Notes under the pieces: model-generated
What the model saw: only the letters and a program-made list of their open reading frames with translations
Told to the model about the DNA's origin: nothing
Databases searched by the model: none
NCBI GenBank assembly: GCA_046329435.1
Contig: JAXLUR010000012.1
Coordinates: 24,051 to 88,050 of the forward strand
Source of the DNA: Saprospiraceae bacterium
Lineage (GTDB): Bacteria > Bacteroidota > Bacteroidia > Chitinophagales > Saprospiraceae
Direction: 5' to 3'
DNA: 64,000 bases
Translations under genes and position numbers: made by a program
Shown: one piece after another, positions 8,448 through 16,427 of the stretch
Layout: every line of letters begins with the position of its first letter
Position numbering within the stretch: the stretch's first letter is position 1

Positions 8448-9659
8448 ATGGCTTCTAAAGTATTAATCATCGGCGCCGGCGGCGTAGGTCGCGTAGTGGC
8501 CTACAAATGTGCCCAGCACCGCGATGTATTCGGCGAGATCATGCTCGCTTCCCGCACCAAATCCAAATGCGACGCCATCGCCGATGCCATTCACGCCGCT
8601 TACGGCGGCGCGCGCATCCAGACGGCCCAGCTCGATGCCGACCAGGTCCCGCAGACGGTGGCCCTGATCAAATCGTTTCAACCCGACCTCGTGGTCAACG
8701 TGGCCCTGCCCTATCAGGATTTGCCCATCATGGATGCCTGTCTCGAAACGGGGGTGAATTACATGGACACGGCCAATTACGAGCCCAAAGACGAAGCCAA
8801 GTTCGAATATTCCTGGCAATGGGCGTATCAGGACCGCTACAAAAACAAAGGCATCCTGGCCCTGCTGGGCTGCGGTTTCGACCCCGGCGTCACGTCCGTG
8901 TACACGGCCTACGCGGCCAAACACTACTTCGACGAGATCCACGAGCTCGACATCGTCGATGCCAACGCCGGCTCGCACGGCAAAGCCTTCGCCACCAACT
9001 TCAACCCGGAAATCAACATCCGCGAAGTGACGCAAAAAGGCCGCTACTGGGAAAACGGCCAGTGGATCGAAACCGAGCCGCACGAAATCTGGAAAGACAT
9101 CAACTACCCGGAAATCGGCCCCAAACGCTCCTACCTGATCTTCCATGAAGAGCTCGAAAGCCTGGTCAAAAACTACCCGACCCTGCGCCGCGCCCGCTTC
9201 TGGATGACCTTCTCCGAACAATACCTGACCCACCTGCGCGTCATCCAGAACATCGGCATGGCGGGCATCGAGCCGGTCAAATACAAAGGCGTGGACATCA
9301 TCCCGCTCGAATTTCTCAAAGCCGTGCTGCCCGCTCCCGAAGAACTGGGCGCCAACTATACCGGCTTTACCAGCATCGGCTGCCGCATCAAAGGCGTCAA
9401 GGACGGCAAAACCCGCACTTACTACGTCTGGAACAACTGCTCGCACCAGGATGCTTTCAGGGAAACCGGCACCCAGGCCGTGAGCTACACCACGGGTGTG
9501 CCGGCCATGATCGGGGCGCGCATGATCCTCGAAGGCAAGTGGAACGGCAAAGGCGTGTTCAACGTGGAGGAATTCAACCCCGACCCCTTCATGGAACGCC
9601 TCAACCTCGACGGCCTGCCCTGGCACGAACGGCTGGACATCGATCTGGAAATGGATTGA
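8448..9659 (+). CDS. carboxynorspermidine (carboxyspermidine) dehydrogenase/synthase, saccharopine dehydrogenase family
   Basis: 403 aa with an N-terminal Rossmann motif KVLIIGAGGVGRVVAYK. The length and sequence character match CANSDH/CASDH. The partner decarboxylase lies at 2279-3418. Confidence 0.85.
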   Translation: MASKVLIIGAGGVGRVVAYKCAQHRDVFGEIMLASRTKSKCDAIADAIHAAYGGARIQTAQLDADQVPQTVALIKSFQPDLVVNVALPYQDLPIMDACLETGVNYMDTANYEPKDEAKFEYSWQWAYQDRYKNKGILALLGCGFDPGVTSVYTAYAAKHYFDEIHELDIVDANAGSHGKAFATNFNPEINIREVTQKGRYWENGQWIETEPHEIWKDINYPEIGPKRSYLIFHEELESLVKNYPTLRRARFWMTFSEQYLTHLRVIQNIGMAGIEPVKYKGVDIIPLEFLKAVLPAPEELGANYTGFTSIGCRIKGVKDGKTRTYYVWNNCSHQDAFRETGTQAVSYTTGVPAMIGARMILEGKWNGKGVFNVEEFNPDPFMERLNLDGLPWHERLDIDLEMD

Positions 9660-9722
9660 TCAAACGGCATCGACCTTTTTACCCGCTCCGGCGGGCTTAT
9701 TCATAACAAGACCGTATGTTGG

Positions 9723-9755
9723 GCGCGCCGGACGCAAGTTCGGACGCGCTTTTTT
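9723..9755 (+). terminator. intrinsic terminator of the dehydrogenase gene
   Basis: gcgcgccgga-cgcaag-ttcgg(a)cgcgc is a 10-bp stem with one bulged A, followed by tttttt. Confidence 0.7.
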
Positions 9756-9757
9756 CT

Positions 9758-9765
9758 TATTTTTG
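9758..9765 (+). promoter_or_regulatory. putative -7 box (TAnnTTTG) for the ATPase/PIN-like gene pair
   Basis: TATTTTTG lies immediately after the upstream terminator and about 20 nt before the ATG at 9785. Confidence 0.45.
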
Positions 9766-9784
9766 TGCCTAAATTCCGCCAAAA

Positions 9785-10960
9785 ATGATTGTCAACCTGC
9801 ATATCGAAAACTTTCGAAGCCTCCGGAACGCCAGCCTGGAACTGGGGCGATTTACAGTATTGACCGGGGCGAACAACAGCGGAAAAAGCAGCGTGTTGTA
9901 TGCGTTGCAGGTGTTGCGGAATGTGGTGAAGAATCCGAATCGGTCGGTAGATGAGTTGCTGAATCTGGGTTTCCTCAATTTAAGCGGATTGGGTGCCTGC
10001 ATTTTTAATAAAGATAAACAGGAATCCATTTCTCTTTTTATCCATTCCATGAATCATCCGATACTTACTAGTTATGGATTTGGGATAAGAATGAGTGAAA
10101 AAGGAAGTACTCTGTTGGCAAATTCGAGTGGAGGCCCCCTGGATTATTCAATACACCTTCGGGTTAGTTTCCCCAACCCCTTGGACAAAGTTTATGTTAT
10201 GCGGGATTTGGGCATCGTTTGGAACGGCATACACGCCAGTCCATTAGTTGAAAAAGCCAAAGCCAACCTACTTCAAAAACAGGTAATTGACGGTATGAAC
10301 ACGCCGTCGACAGATATTGCCGCCACTGATATTACCCCAACCCATCGAGGCTTCTCCAAACCCGTTTTCAACCAAATTCCCCTCAACGGCACCATCCAGA
10401 CCGAAGACGAAGTTGCCACCCACCTGGCCATCGATAAAAATCTGCAGGCCAAAGTCAGCCATTATTTTGAAAAAATCACCGGCAAACGCTTTTCGGTACT
10501 GATGGGGCCCGGGGGCGGTTTTTTTTACCTTCAGGTACGGGAACCGGATTCGCCGTTTACCACTGAACTGGTCAACCAGGGCATGGGCGTCAACCAAATC
10601 CTTTTCCTGCTGGCCAAAATCCTGTACGACAAAAACCGGCTGATCGGCATCGACGAACCGGAAATACACCTGCACCCATCATTAATGGAGAAGTTTATCA
10701 GCGTGCTGGTTGAAATTGCGGAAAAAGAAGACAAACAATTCGTTTTCTCCACCCATAGCGAGCATTGGCTGATGTCGCTGCTCGCGGAAGTAAACGACAG
10801 TCATCTGAAAGCCAATGACCTGAAAGTCTATTACCTGTACAGAGAAGGTCCGGAGACCAAAATTGAATCGCAAAAAGTGGCGGACAACGGTCAACTGGAA
10901 GGCGGGTTACGTAATTTTCTGGAAGCGGAAATGCGGCTCACCCAACGTTTTCTGGACTAA
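9785..10960 (+). CDS. ABC-type AAA_21/AAA_15-family ATPase (DUF3696-like C-terminus); candidate defence-system ATPase
   Basis: 391 aa starting MIVNLHIENFRSLRN. It has Walker A GANNSGKS (K34), a signature-like QGMGVNQ, Walker B LIGIDEPEIHLHP (D290/E291) and H-loop FSTHSEH (H324). The tail is KVYYLYREGPETKIESQKVADNGQLEGGLRNFLE. A hand-counted sample, 10021-10120, is 36% GC. Confidence 0.85.
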   Translation: MIVNLHIENFRSLRNASLELGRFTVLTGANNSGKSSVLYALQVLRNVVKNPNRSVDELLNLGFLNLSGLGACIFNKDKQESISLFIHSMNHPILTSYGFGIRMSEKGSTLLANSSGGPLDYSIHLRVSFPNPLDKVYVMRDLGIVWNGIHASPLVEKAKANLLQKQVIDGMNTPSTDIAATDITPTHRGFSKPVFNQIPLNGTIQTEDEVATHLAIDKNLQAKVSHYFEKITGKRFSVLMGPGGGFFYLQVREPDSPFTTELVNQGMGVNQILFLLAKILYDKNRLIGIDEPEIHLHPSLMEKFISVLVEIAEKEDKQFVFSTHSEHWLMSLLAEVNDSHLKANDLKVYYLYREGPETKIESQKVADNGQLEGGLRNFLEAEMRLTQRFLD

Positions 10961-10977
10961 TCCCCCCACCGGAAGCC

Positions 10978-11466
10978 ATGGAATTTGTGTTCAACGAATG
11001 GTTTTTGAACTGGCACAGCCCGCTCGAAGCGACGCCAGAGCAAAGAAAAACCGTACACCGGATCATTAATTGGTTGATCGGCCAGCAAGATCACCGATTA
11101 GTGGTGATGAACCGAAGCCCCTTTATGGATAAATTAAACCTGTTCAGAAAAGACTTTGACTATGACCCTTTTTGCCGAAATTCATTAAAAACGTTTTACG
11201 CCCAAATAATTATCAACCTGACCATTTGCCGGCAAGTCGAAAAACCGCCTCAATTACCACCTGACATTGAAGAATTGCTGCAACGCCCCACAGAGCCGCC
11301 GTTCACGAATATCGAAAGTGATCGTTATCTGTTTGAATCGGCCGAAACAACCCATGAGAAGATCATCATTACAACTGATGAAAAACTCATCGGGCATTTT
11401 GCCCAAAGCGAACGATTTCGTCTCTGGACTGTTGATGAATTCCTGAAGAAACTGAACATTCCCTAA
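10978..11466 (+). CDS. hypothetical 162-aa protein with a PIN-like motif pattern (putative nuclease partner of the ATPase)
   Basis: It starts 17 nt after the ATPase stop. ESD115RYLFESAETTHEKIIITTD134EKL fits the PIN pattern (D-x3-h-x-A ... hhT-x-D). The N-terminus EFVFNEWFL resembles PIN strand 1, but with N6/E7 instead of Asp. A hand-counted sample, 11101-11200, is 37% GC. The fold call is inference only. Confidence 0.6.
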   Translation: MEFVFNEWFLNWHSPLEATPEQRKTVHRIINWLIGQQDHRLVVMNRSPFMDKLNLFRKDFDYDPFCRNSLKTFYAQIIINLTICRQVEKPPQLPPDIEELLQRPTEPPFTNIESDRYLFESAETTHEKIIITTDEKLIGHFAQSERFRLWTVDEFLKKLNIP

Positions 11467-11485
11467 GTGTCTGATACTCTGTAAC

Positions 11486-12169
11486 ATGCGCATCCTCCTC
11501 GTTGAAGACGAAGAATCCATCCGCGACCTTGTACGCCTCAACCTCGAACTGGAAGGCTACGAAGTCGTCACCACCAGCAATGGCAAAAAAGCCCTTGACC
11601 TCATCTATGGCCAGCATTTCGACCTGCTCCTCCTCGACGTCATGTTGCCCGACCTGGACGGGTTCACGATTACCGAACAGGTCCGCCTCAGCAACACGGA
11701 GGTGCCCATTCTGATGCTCACCGCCAAAGACATGGCCCAGGACCGCATCATGGGGCTGAAAAAAGGCGCCGACGACTACATCACCAAACCTTTTAACCTG
11801 GAAGAACTGCTGCTGCGCGTGCACAACCTCCTGCGGCGCAGCCAACGCGTCAAGGGTGAAGCGGCAGACGTGGTCGAATTCGGCCGCAACAAGGTGTCTT
11901 TCAACACTTTCGAGGCCATCACCTGGCGCGGCGAAACGCAGGTTTTGACCAAAAAAGAGGCCATGTTGCTCAAACTGCTCATCGAACGCCGCAACGAGGT
12001 GGTGAGCCGCAACCAGATCCTGCAGGCAGTTTGGGGCTACGATGTGTTTCCGAGCACCCGCACCATCGACAATTTTATCCTGGCCTTCCGCAAATACTTC
12101 GAGGAAGACCCCAAACAACCGAGGTTCTTCCACTCGATCCGCGGCGTGGGTTACAAGTTCACGGAGTAA
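11486..12169 (+). CDS. OmpR/PhoB-family two-component response regulator (no cognate kinase in the window)
   Basis: 227 aa. The receiver domain is MRILLVEDEESIRDLV...LLLLDVMLPDLDGF...LTAK, and the winged-helix output ends SIRGVGYKF. Confidence 0.92.
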   Translation: MRILLVEDEESIRDLVRLNLELEGYEVVTTSNGKKALDLIYGQHFDLLLLDVMLPDLDGFTITEQVRLSNTEVPILMLTAKDMAQDRIMGLKKGADDYITKPFNLEELLLRVHNLLRRSQRVKGEAADVVEFGRNKVSFNTFEAITWRGETQVLTKKEAMLLKLLIERRNEVVSRNQILQAVWGYDVFPSTRTIDNFILAFRKYFEEDPKQPRFFHSIRGVGYKFTE

Positions 12170-13089
12170 TGGAATTTGGCAAACTGCAGTCGCTCGAGGG
12201 CGTCGATTTTTCCCTGCCGCCCGATCCGCCCGAAAACGAGCTCGTGCTCGAACAACTTTTACCATCCGTGCAGCCCCGGGTTTATATCGGCGCCACAGGT
12301 TACAACATGAAACCCTGGGTCGGCAAATGGTATCCGGCAGGCGCGCGCGACCGCGATTTCGTGCGGCATTACGGGGCCCAGTTCAATACGATCGAACACA
12401 ACACCACCCATTACCGCATCCCCGACGAAGCCACCGTGGCGCGCTGGCGGGAAGAAGTGCCGGATGATTTCCGATACTGCCCGAAAGTGCCGCAAAGCCT
12501 GAGCCATGCGCGCGATCTGGGGGTGCATAGCCCCGAACTCCCTCTGTTTTGTCGGGCGATTGCCGGACTGGGCAACCGGCTGGGTTGTTGTTTTTTGCAG
12601 GTTTCGCCCCATTTTTCGCCGCAAAATCTGCCGGTGCTGGAGCGTTTTCTCGACAAATGGGCGCCCGATATTCCGCTTGCCGTGGAAGTGCGGCACGAAG
12701 ATTTTTTCCGTCCGACCGCCGCGGCACTGCGCTATTTTTCGCTGCTTGCCAGCGCCGGCGCCGCGGCCGTAATCACGGATGTGGCCGGACGCCGCGATGT
12801 TTGCCACATGCACCTGACCAACGGAACCGCCATGATCCGCTTCGTCGGCAACGGCCTGCACCCGACCGATTATTCCCGCATCGACGATTGGGCCTTGCGG
12901 CTCTCCACGTGGTTTGCAAAAGGGCTGCAAACGGCTTACGTCTTTACCCACGAACCCGACAACCTGCTCGCTCCCGAACTGGCCGCCTACGCCGCCGAGC
13001 GCTTTCAGGGCGCCGCACAAGGCCTGCAAACCCGTGGGCCCAAACCGCTCGGCCGCCCCGCGCAACAAACTTCGTTGTTTGACATTTAA
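12169..13089 (+). CDS. DUF72 (UPF0759/YecE-like) protein
   Basis: ORF 12031-13089 trimmed to the ATG at 12169 (MEFGKLQSLEGVDFSLPPDP...). That ATG overlaps the regulator stop as TAATG. The YIGATGYNMKPWVGKWYP...NTIEHNTTHYRIP motifs are typical of DUF72. Confidence 0.8.
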   Translation: MEFGKLQSLEGVDFSLPPDPPENELVLEQLLPSVQPRVYIGATGYNMKPWVGKWYPAGARDRDFVRHYGAQFNTIEHNTTHYRIPDEATVARWREEVPDDFRYCPKVPQSLSHARDLGVHSPELPLFCRAIAGLGNRLGCCFLQVSPHFSPQNLPVLERFLDKWAPDIPLAVEVRHEDFFRPTAAALRYFSLLASAGAAAVITDVAGRRDVCHMHLTNGTAMIRFVGNGLHPTDYSRIDDWALRLSTWFAKGLQTAYVFTHEPDNLLAPELAAYAAERFQGAAQGLQTRGPKPLGRPAQQTSLFDI

Positions 13090-13176
13090 GGAATGTTTCA
13101 CCTGGTAAAATGTCGTACAGCACGGCGACGTTTTTACCTTTCCCGCTCCAAAATCAAGCCGGCAAAAACTCCACCG

Positions 13177-15279
13177 ATGGCATTGTTACCCTTTGTTCAC
13201 CGAGATATTTCCTGGTTATCATTCAACTACCGCGTTCTGCAGGAAGCCAAGGACCCTGCCGTGCCACTGCTCGAACGTTTGAAATTTCTCGCGATCTACT
13301 CCTCCAACCTCGACGAATTTTTCCGCATCCGCGTAGCCAACCTCCGCAACCTCAAAAAGGTGGGTAAAAAAACCAAAGCCCAGCTCGATTTCGACCCGAC
13401 CGAGCTGTTGAAGGAGATTCACCGGATAGTAAATCGCCAGCAGGCCGAATTGTCAGAGGTTTTTTCCCGGCAGATCGTGCCCGAACTGGCCCGGCACCGC
13501 ATCCGCATGTTGCGGCGGCTCGACCTGAACGCCGATCAGCGCGCTTTTGTAGAAGCCTATTTCCGCGACAACCTGCTGCCGTTCGTGATGCCCGTGTTGC
13601 TGGTCAAACGCCGCATCCGGCCGTTTTTGGCCAATGCACACCTTTACCTGGCCGTACACCTGCGTCAGCGCAAAAAACCGATGGCAGCCAGCGAATACGC
13701 TCTGGTCAAGATTCCCAGCGACCAGTTGCCCAGGTTTGTGCCCCTGCCTTCGGCGCCCGGCACCCACGACCTGATCCTGCTCGACGACATCGTGAGGCAC
13801 TCCGTTTCCTGGCTGTTCCCCGGGTATGAAATTCAGGACACCTATTCCATCAAACTCACCCGCGACGCCGAACTGTATATCGAGGACGAATTCTCGGGCG
13901 ACCTCGTGCAAAAGATCAAATCCAGCCTGCAAAAACGCCAGGTCGGGCCGGCCAGCCGTTTCGTGTACGACCGCGAAATGCCGGGGCACCTGCTGGAGTA
14001 CCTGCAGGATACTTTCGACCTGGGCAAATACGACATGCTGCCGGAAGGCCGCTACCACAACAATTTCGACTTTTTCAAATTCCCCGATTTCGGGCTGACG
14101 CACCTCAAAAACAAGCCACTTCCTCCCCTGCCCCACCCTTTGTTGCACGACACGACCGATCCCTTCGGGGTCATTCGTGCAAAAGACCAGTTGTTGCACA
14201 TGCCCTACCAGGCCTACGACTCGGTCGTCAATTTTTTCGAACGCGCGGCCACCGACCCTGCCGTTACCCACATCAAGGTCATACAGTACCGCGTAGCGCG
14301 CAACAGCCGCATCATGCACGCTCTCATGGACGCAGTGCGGCACGGCAAGCAGGTTTCGGCATTTGTCGAGATCAAGGCGCGGTTCGACGAGGCTGCCAAC
14401 CTCGAATGGGGCGAACGGATGGAACGGGCCGGTGTTCGGGTGTATTACTCCCTGCCGGGCGTCAAGGTGCACGCCAAAGTAGGCCTGGTGCGGCGAATCG
14501 AACAGGGCGAGCCGCGCCTGTACACCTATTTCAGTACCGGCAACTTCCACGAAGACACGGCAAAAATCTACTCCGATTTCGGCCTTTTTACCGCCGATCC
14601 CCGATTGACTTCGGAGGCGAGCCTGTTGTTCAGCCACCTGGAAAACATCCAGCCCGGAGCGCTGAAATTTGAACACCTGCTGGTTGGCAAGTTCAACCTC
14701 AGGCCGGCATTTTACCACCTTATCGACCGGGAAATCGCCGCGGCAAAAAAGAAAAAGCAGGCCGGCATGATCCTGAAACTCAACAGCCTGGAAGACCGCG
14801 ACATCGTCCAGAAACTATACGAGGCATCGCGCGCCGGTGTCAGGATCAAATTGATCGTACGGGGCATTTGCTGCCTGGTACCCGGCATTCGCGACATCAG
14901 CGAGAACATTGAGGTCATCAGTATTGTTGATCGTTTTCTGGAACACGCGAGGATTCTGGTTTTCCACAATGGCGGACAGGAACGCTATTACATGTCGAGC
15001 GCCGACTGGATGGAGCGCAACCTGACCCACCGTATCGAAACCACCTACCCCGTGTACGACCCCGACCTGCAAAAAGAAATTCGCGAGCTGCTCGATCTTC
15101 AACTCAACGACAACGTCAAAGCGCGCATCATCGACCGCTACAACACCAACGAATACCGGCGCAGCGCATCCGATATCCCCGTGCGGGCCCAAATCGAAAC
15201 CTATTTTTATTACAAAAGAAAACTGGAAAATACCGCGGCCGGCGCCTTGCCATCGGCCAGTCCGGCAGCGGATCACTAA
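13177..15279 (+). CDS. ppk1: polyphosphate kinase 1
   Basis: ORF 13093-15279 trimmed to MALLPFVHRDISWLSFNYRVLQEAKDPAVPLLERLKFLAIYSSNLDEFF, the canonical PPK1 N-terminus. Two PLD-like HKD regions are present (KVHAKV..., FLEHARI...). Confidence 0.95.
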   Translation: MALLPFVHRDISWLSFNYRVLQEAKDPAVPLLERLKFLAIYSSNLDEFFRIRVANLRNLKKVGKKTKAQLDFDPTELLKEIHRIVNRQQAELSEVFSRQIVPELARHRIRMLRRLDLNADQRAFVEAYFRDNLLPFVMPVLLVKRRIRPFLANAHLYLAVHLRQRKKPMAASEYALVKIPSDQLPRFVPLPSAPGTHDLILLDDIVRHSVSWLFPGYEIQDTYSIKLTRDAELYIEDEFSGDLVQKIKSSLQKRQVGPASRFVYDREMPGHLLEYLQDTFDLGKYDMLPEGRYHNNFDFFKFPDFGLTHLKNKPLPPLPHPLLHDTTDPFGVIRAKDQLLHMPYQAYDSVVNFFERAATDPAVTHIKVIQYRVARNSRIMHALMDAVRHGKQVSAFVEIKARFDEAANLEWGERMERAGVRVYYSLPGVKVHAKVGLVRRIEQGEPRLYTYFSTGNFHEDTAKIYSDFGLFTADPRLTSEASLLFSHLENIQPGALKFEHLLVGKFNLRPAFYHLIDREIAAAKKKKQAGMILKLNSLEDRDIVQKLYEASRAGVRIKLIVRGICCLVPGIRDISENIEVISIVDRFLEHARILVFHNGGQERYYMSSADWMERNLTHRIETTYPVYDPDLQKEIRELLDLQLNDNVKARIIDRYNTNEYRRSASDIPVRAQIETYFYYKRKLENTAAGALPSASPAADH

Positions 15280-15282
15280 GCT

Positions 15283-15966
15283 ATGAACAACCATACAATG
15301 ACCGGGACCTACTTCACGCCCCAGGAAAGTGCCGACATCCGTGAGTGGTTTGGCCTTGCTCCTGAACAGATCGACGCAGAAATCCTGAAAAAAACGCTGC
15401 GCGAACTGCGCGCCAAATACCACCCCGACAATTTTGAAAAATTCGGCGACGCCACCGTAAAACAGCTGGCAACCGACCGGTTTCAGCGCATCGAGCAACT
15501 GGCTGAAAAACTGCAAGCCTGGTTCGAAGGCAAATTGCCGCAACTGCCCGACGCCCCCGCGCCGCCCGGCGCCACATTCGGCCCCGACGCACGCTTTGCT
15601 TTCCAGTCGATGAAAATCGAAATCCGCACGGGCGACAAAGACCTGAAATACCATCTGTTCGGCAGTTTTTACCGCTGGCTGACGCTGGGCGAAAAATTCA
15701 AGATCCCTCAAGCCGGCAATGCCTGGCTCATCGCCGACGAAGAATATCGGGGCCGCAACATCGGATTTCAGGAGACCATTCGTTTCTACCTGAGCTTCGA
15801 TGAAAACGATCCTGTGGATGCGATTGTCGACTGGCTCTGGGGCAAAATCGAAGGCAGAGCCGACGCCCTGTTGATCGAAGGCGAGCCGGTCGCGTCCAGC
15901 TACGAGGCTATCTTGTTGAATATCAAACGCCGTTCGTATCGCCGACTGGCGTCCAGCACAGGCTGA
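15283..15966 (+). CDS. J-domain (DnaJ-like, HPD motif) protein with an uncharacterised C-terminal domain
   Basis: 227 aa. The ATG lies 3 nt after the ppk1 stop. LKKTLRELRAKYHPDNFEKFGD...RFQRIEQLAEKL matches J-domain helices II-III with the HPD tripeptide. Confidence 0.7.
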   Translation: MNNHTMTGTYFTPQESADIREWFGLAPEQIDAEILKKTLRELRAKYHPDNFEKFGDATVKQLATDRFQRIEQLAEKLQAWFEGKLPQLPDAPAPPGATFGPDARFAFQSMKIEIRTGDKDLKYHLFGSFYRWLTLGEKFKIPQAGNAWLIADEEYRGRNIGFQETIRFYLSFDENDPVDAIVDWLWGKIEGRADALLIEGEPVASSYEAILLNIKRRSYRRLASSTG

Positions 15967-16022
15967 TCGGATGGCAGGCGGACAGGCCTGAAAAAAAATT
16001 TGAAAAAAATTTTTCCAAAGAC

Positions 16023-16054
16023 TTGTCGCTTCGAAAAAACGACTCTTATCTTTG
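16023..16054 (+). promoter_or_regulatory. putative Bacteroidota promoter (-33 TTG / -7 TATCTTTG) for tRNA-Gly
   Basis: TTG at 16023-16025 and TATCTTTG at 16047-16054, with a 21-nt spacer. It is about 39 nt upstream of the tRNA 5' end. Confidence 0.5.
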
Positions 16055-16092
16055 CACCCGCTAAGAACAAAGGTTCTTTACAAAAAACGAAT

Positions 16093-16168
16093 GCGGAAGT
16101 AGCTCAGTTGGTAGAGCGCAACCTTGCCAAGGTTGAGGTCGCGAGTTCGAATCTCGTTTTCCGCTCCA
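16093..16168 (+). tRNA. tRNA-Gly (anticodon GCC), CCA encoded
   Basis: I folded a cloverleaf by hand. The acceptor is GCGGAAG/TTTCCGC, the D arm GCTC-AGTTGGTA-GAGC, the anticodon stem CAACC/GGTTG with loop TTGCCAA, the T arm GCGAG-TTCGAAT-CTCGT, the discriminator T, then CCA. Confidence 0.93.
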
Positions 16169-16171
16169 AAA

Positions 16172-16198
16172 AGCTCGCTGGTTCAGCGGGCTTTTTTG
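16172..16198 (+). terminator. intrinsic terminator after tRNA-Gly
   Basis: agctcgct-ggttc-agcgggct is an 8-bp stem including one G-U pair, followed by tttttt. Confidence 0.6.
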
Positions 16199-16234
16199 CT
16201 TTTATGGCCTATTTTTGTGACCATGAGTTCAGGA

Positions 16235-16318
16235 GCCCGGGTGGTGAAAAGGTAGACACGAGGGACTTAAAATCCCTTGACCCCAAAGGTCGTGCAGGTT
16301 CGAGTCCTGTTCCGGGCA
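16235..16318 (+). tRNA. tRNA-Leu (anticodon TAA), long variable arm, no encoded CCA
   Basis: The acceptor is GCCCGGG/TCCGGGC, the anticodon stem AGGGA/TCCCT with loop CTTAAAA, a long extra arm (ttgaccccaaaggtcgt), the T arm GCAGG-TTCGAGT-CCTGT, and the discriminator A. Confidence 0.9.
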
Positions 16319-16326
16319 CATTTGAC

Positions 16327-16359
16327 AAGGCTCTCCTTCGGGGAGCCTTTTTTATTTTT
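16327..16359 (+). terminator. intrinsic terminator after tRNA-Leu
   Basis: aggctctcc-ttc-ggggagcct hairpin followed by ttttttattttt. Confidence 0.7.
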
Positions 16360-16427
16360 CCTGTTAAATTTTCAGCGTACACCTAAAAGTCCCGCGCCGC
16401 GCGTTTTGGAGAAAAAAATTCCCCCTT

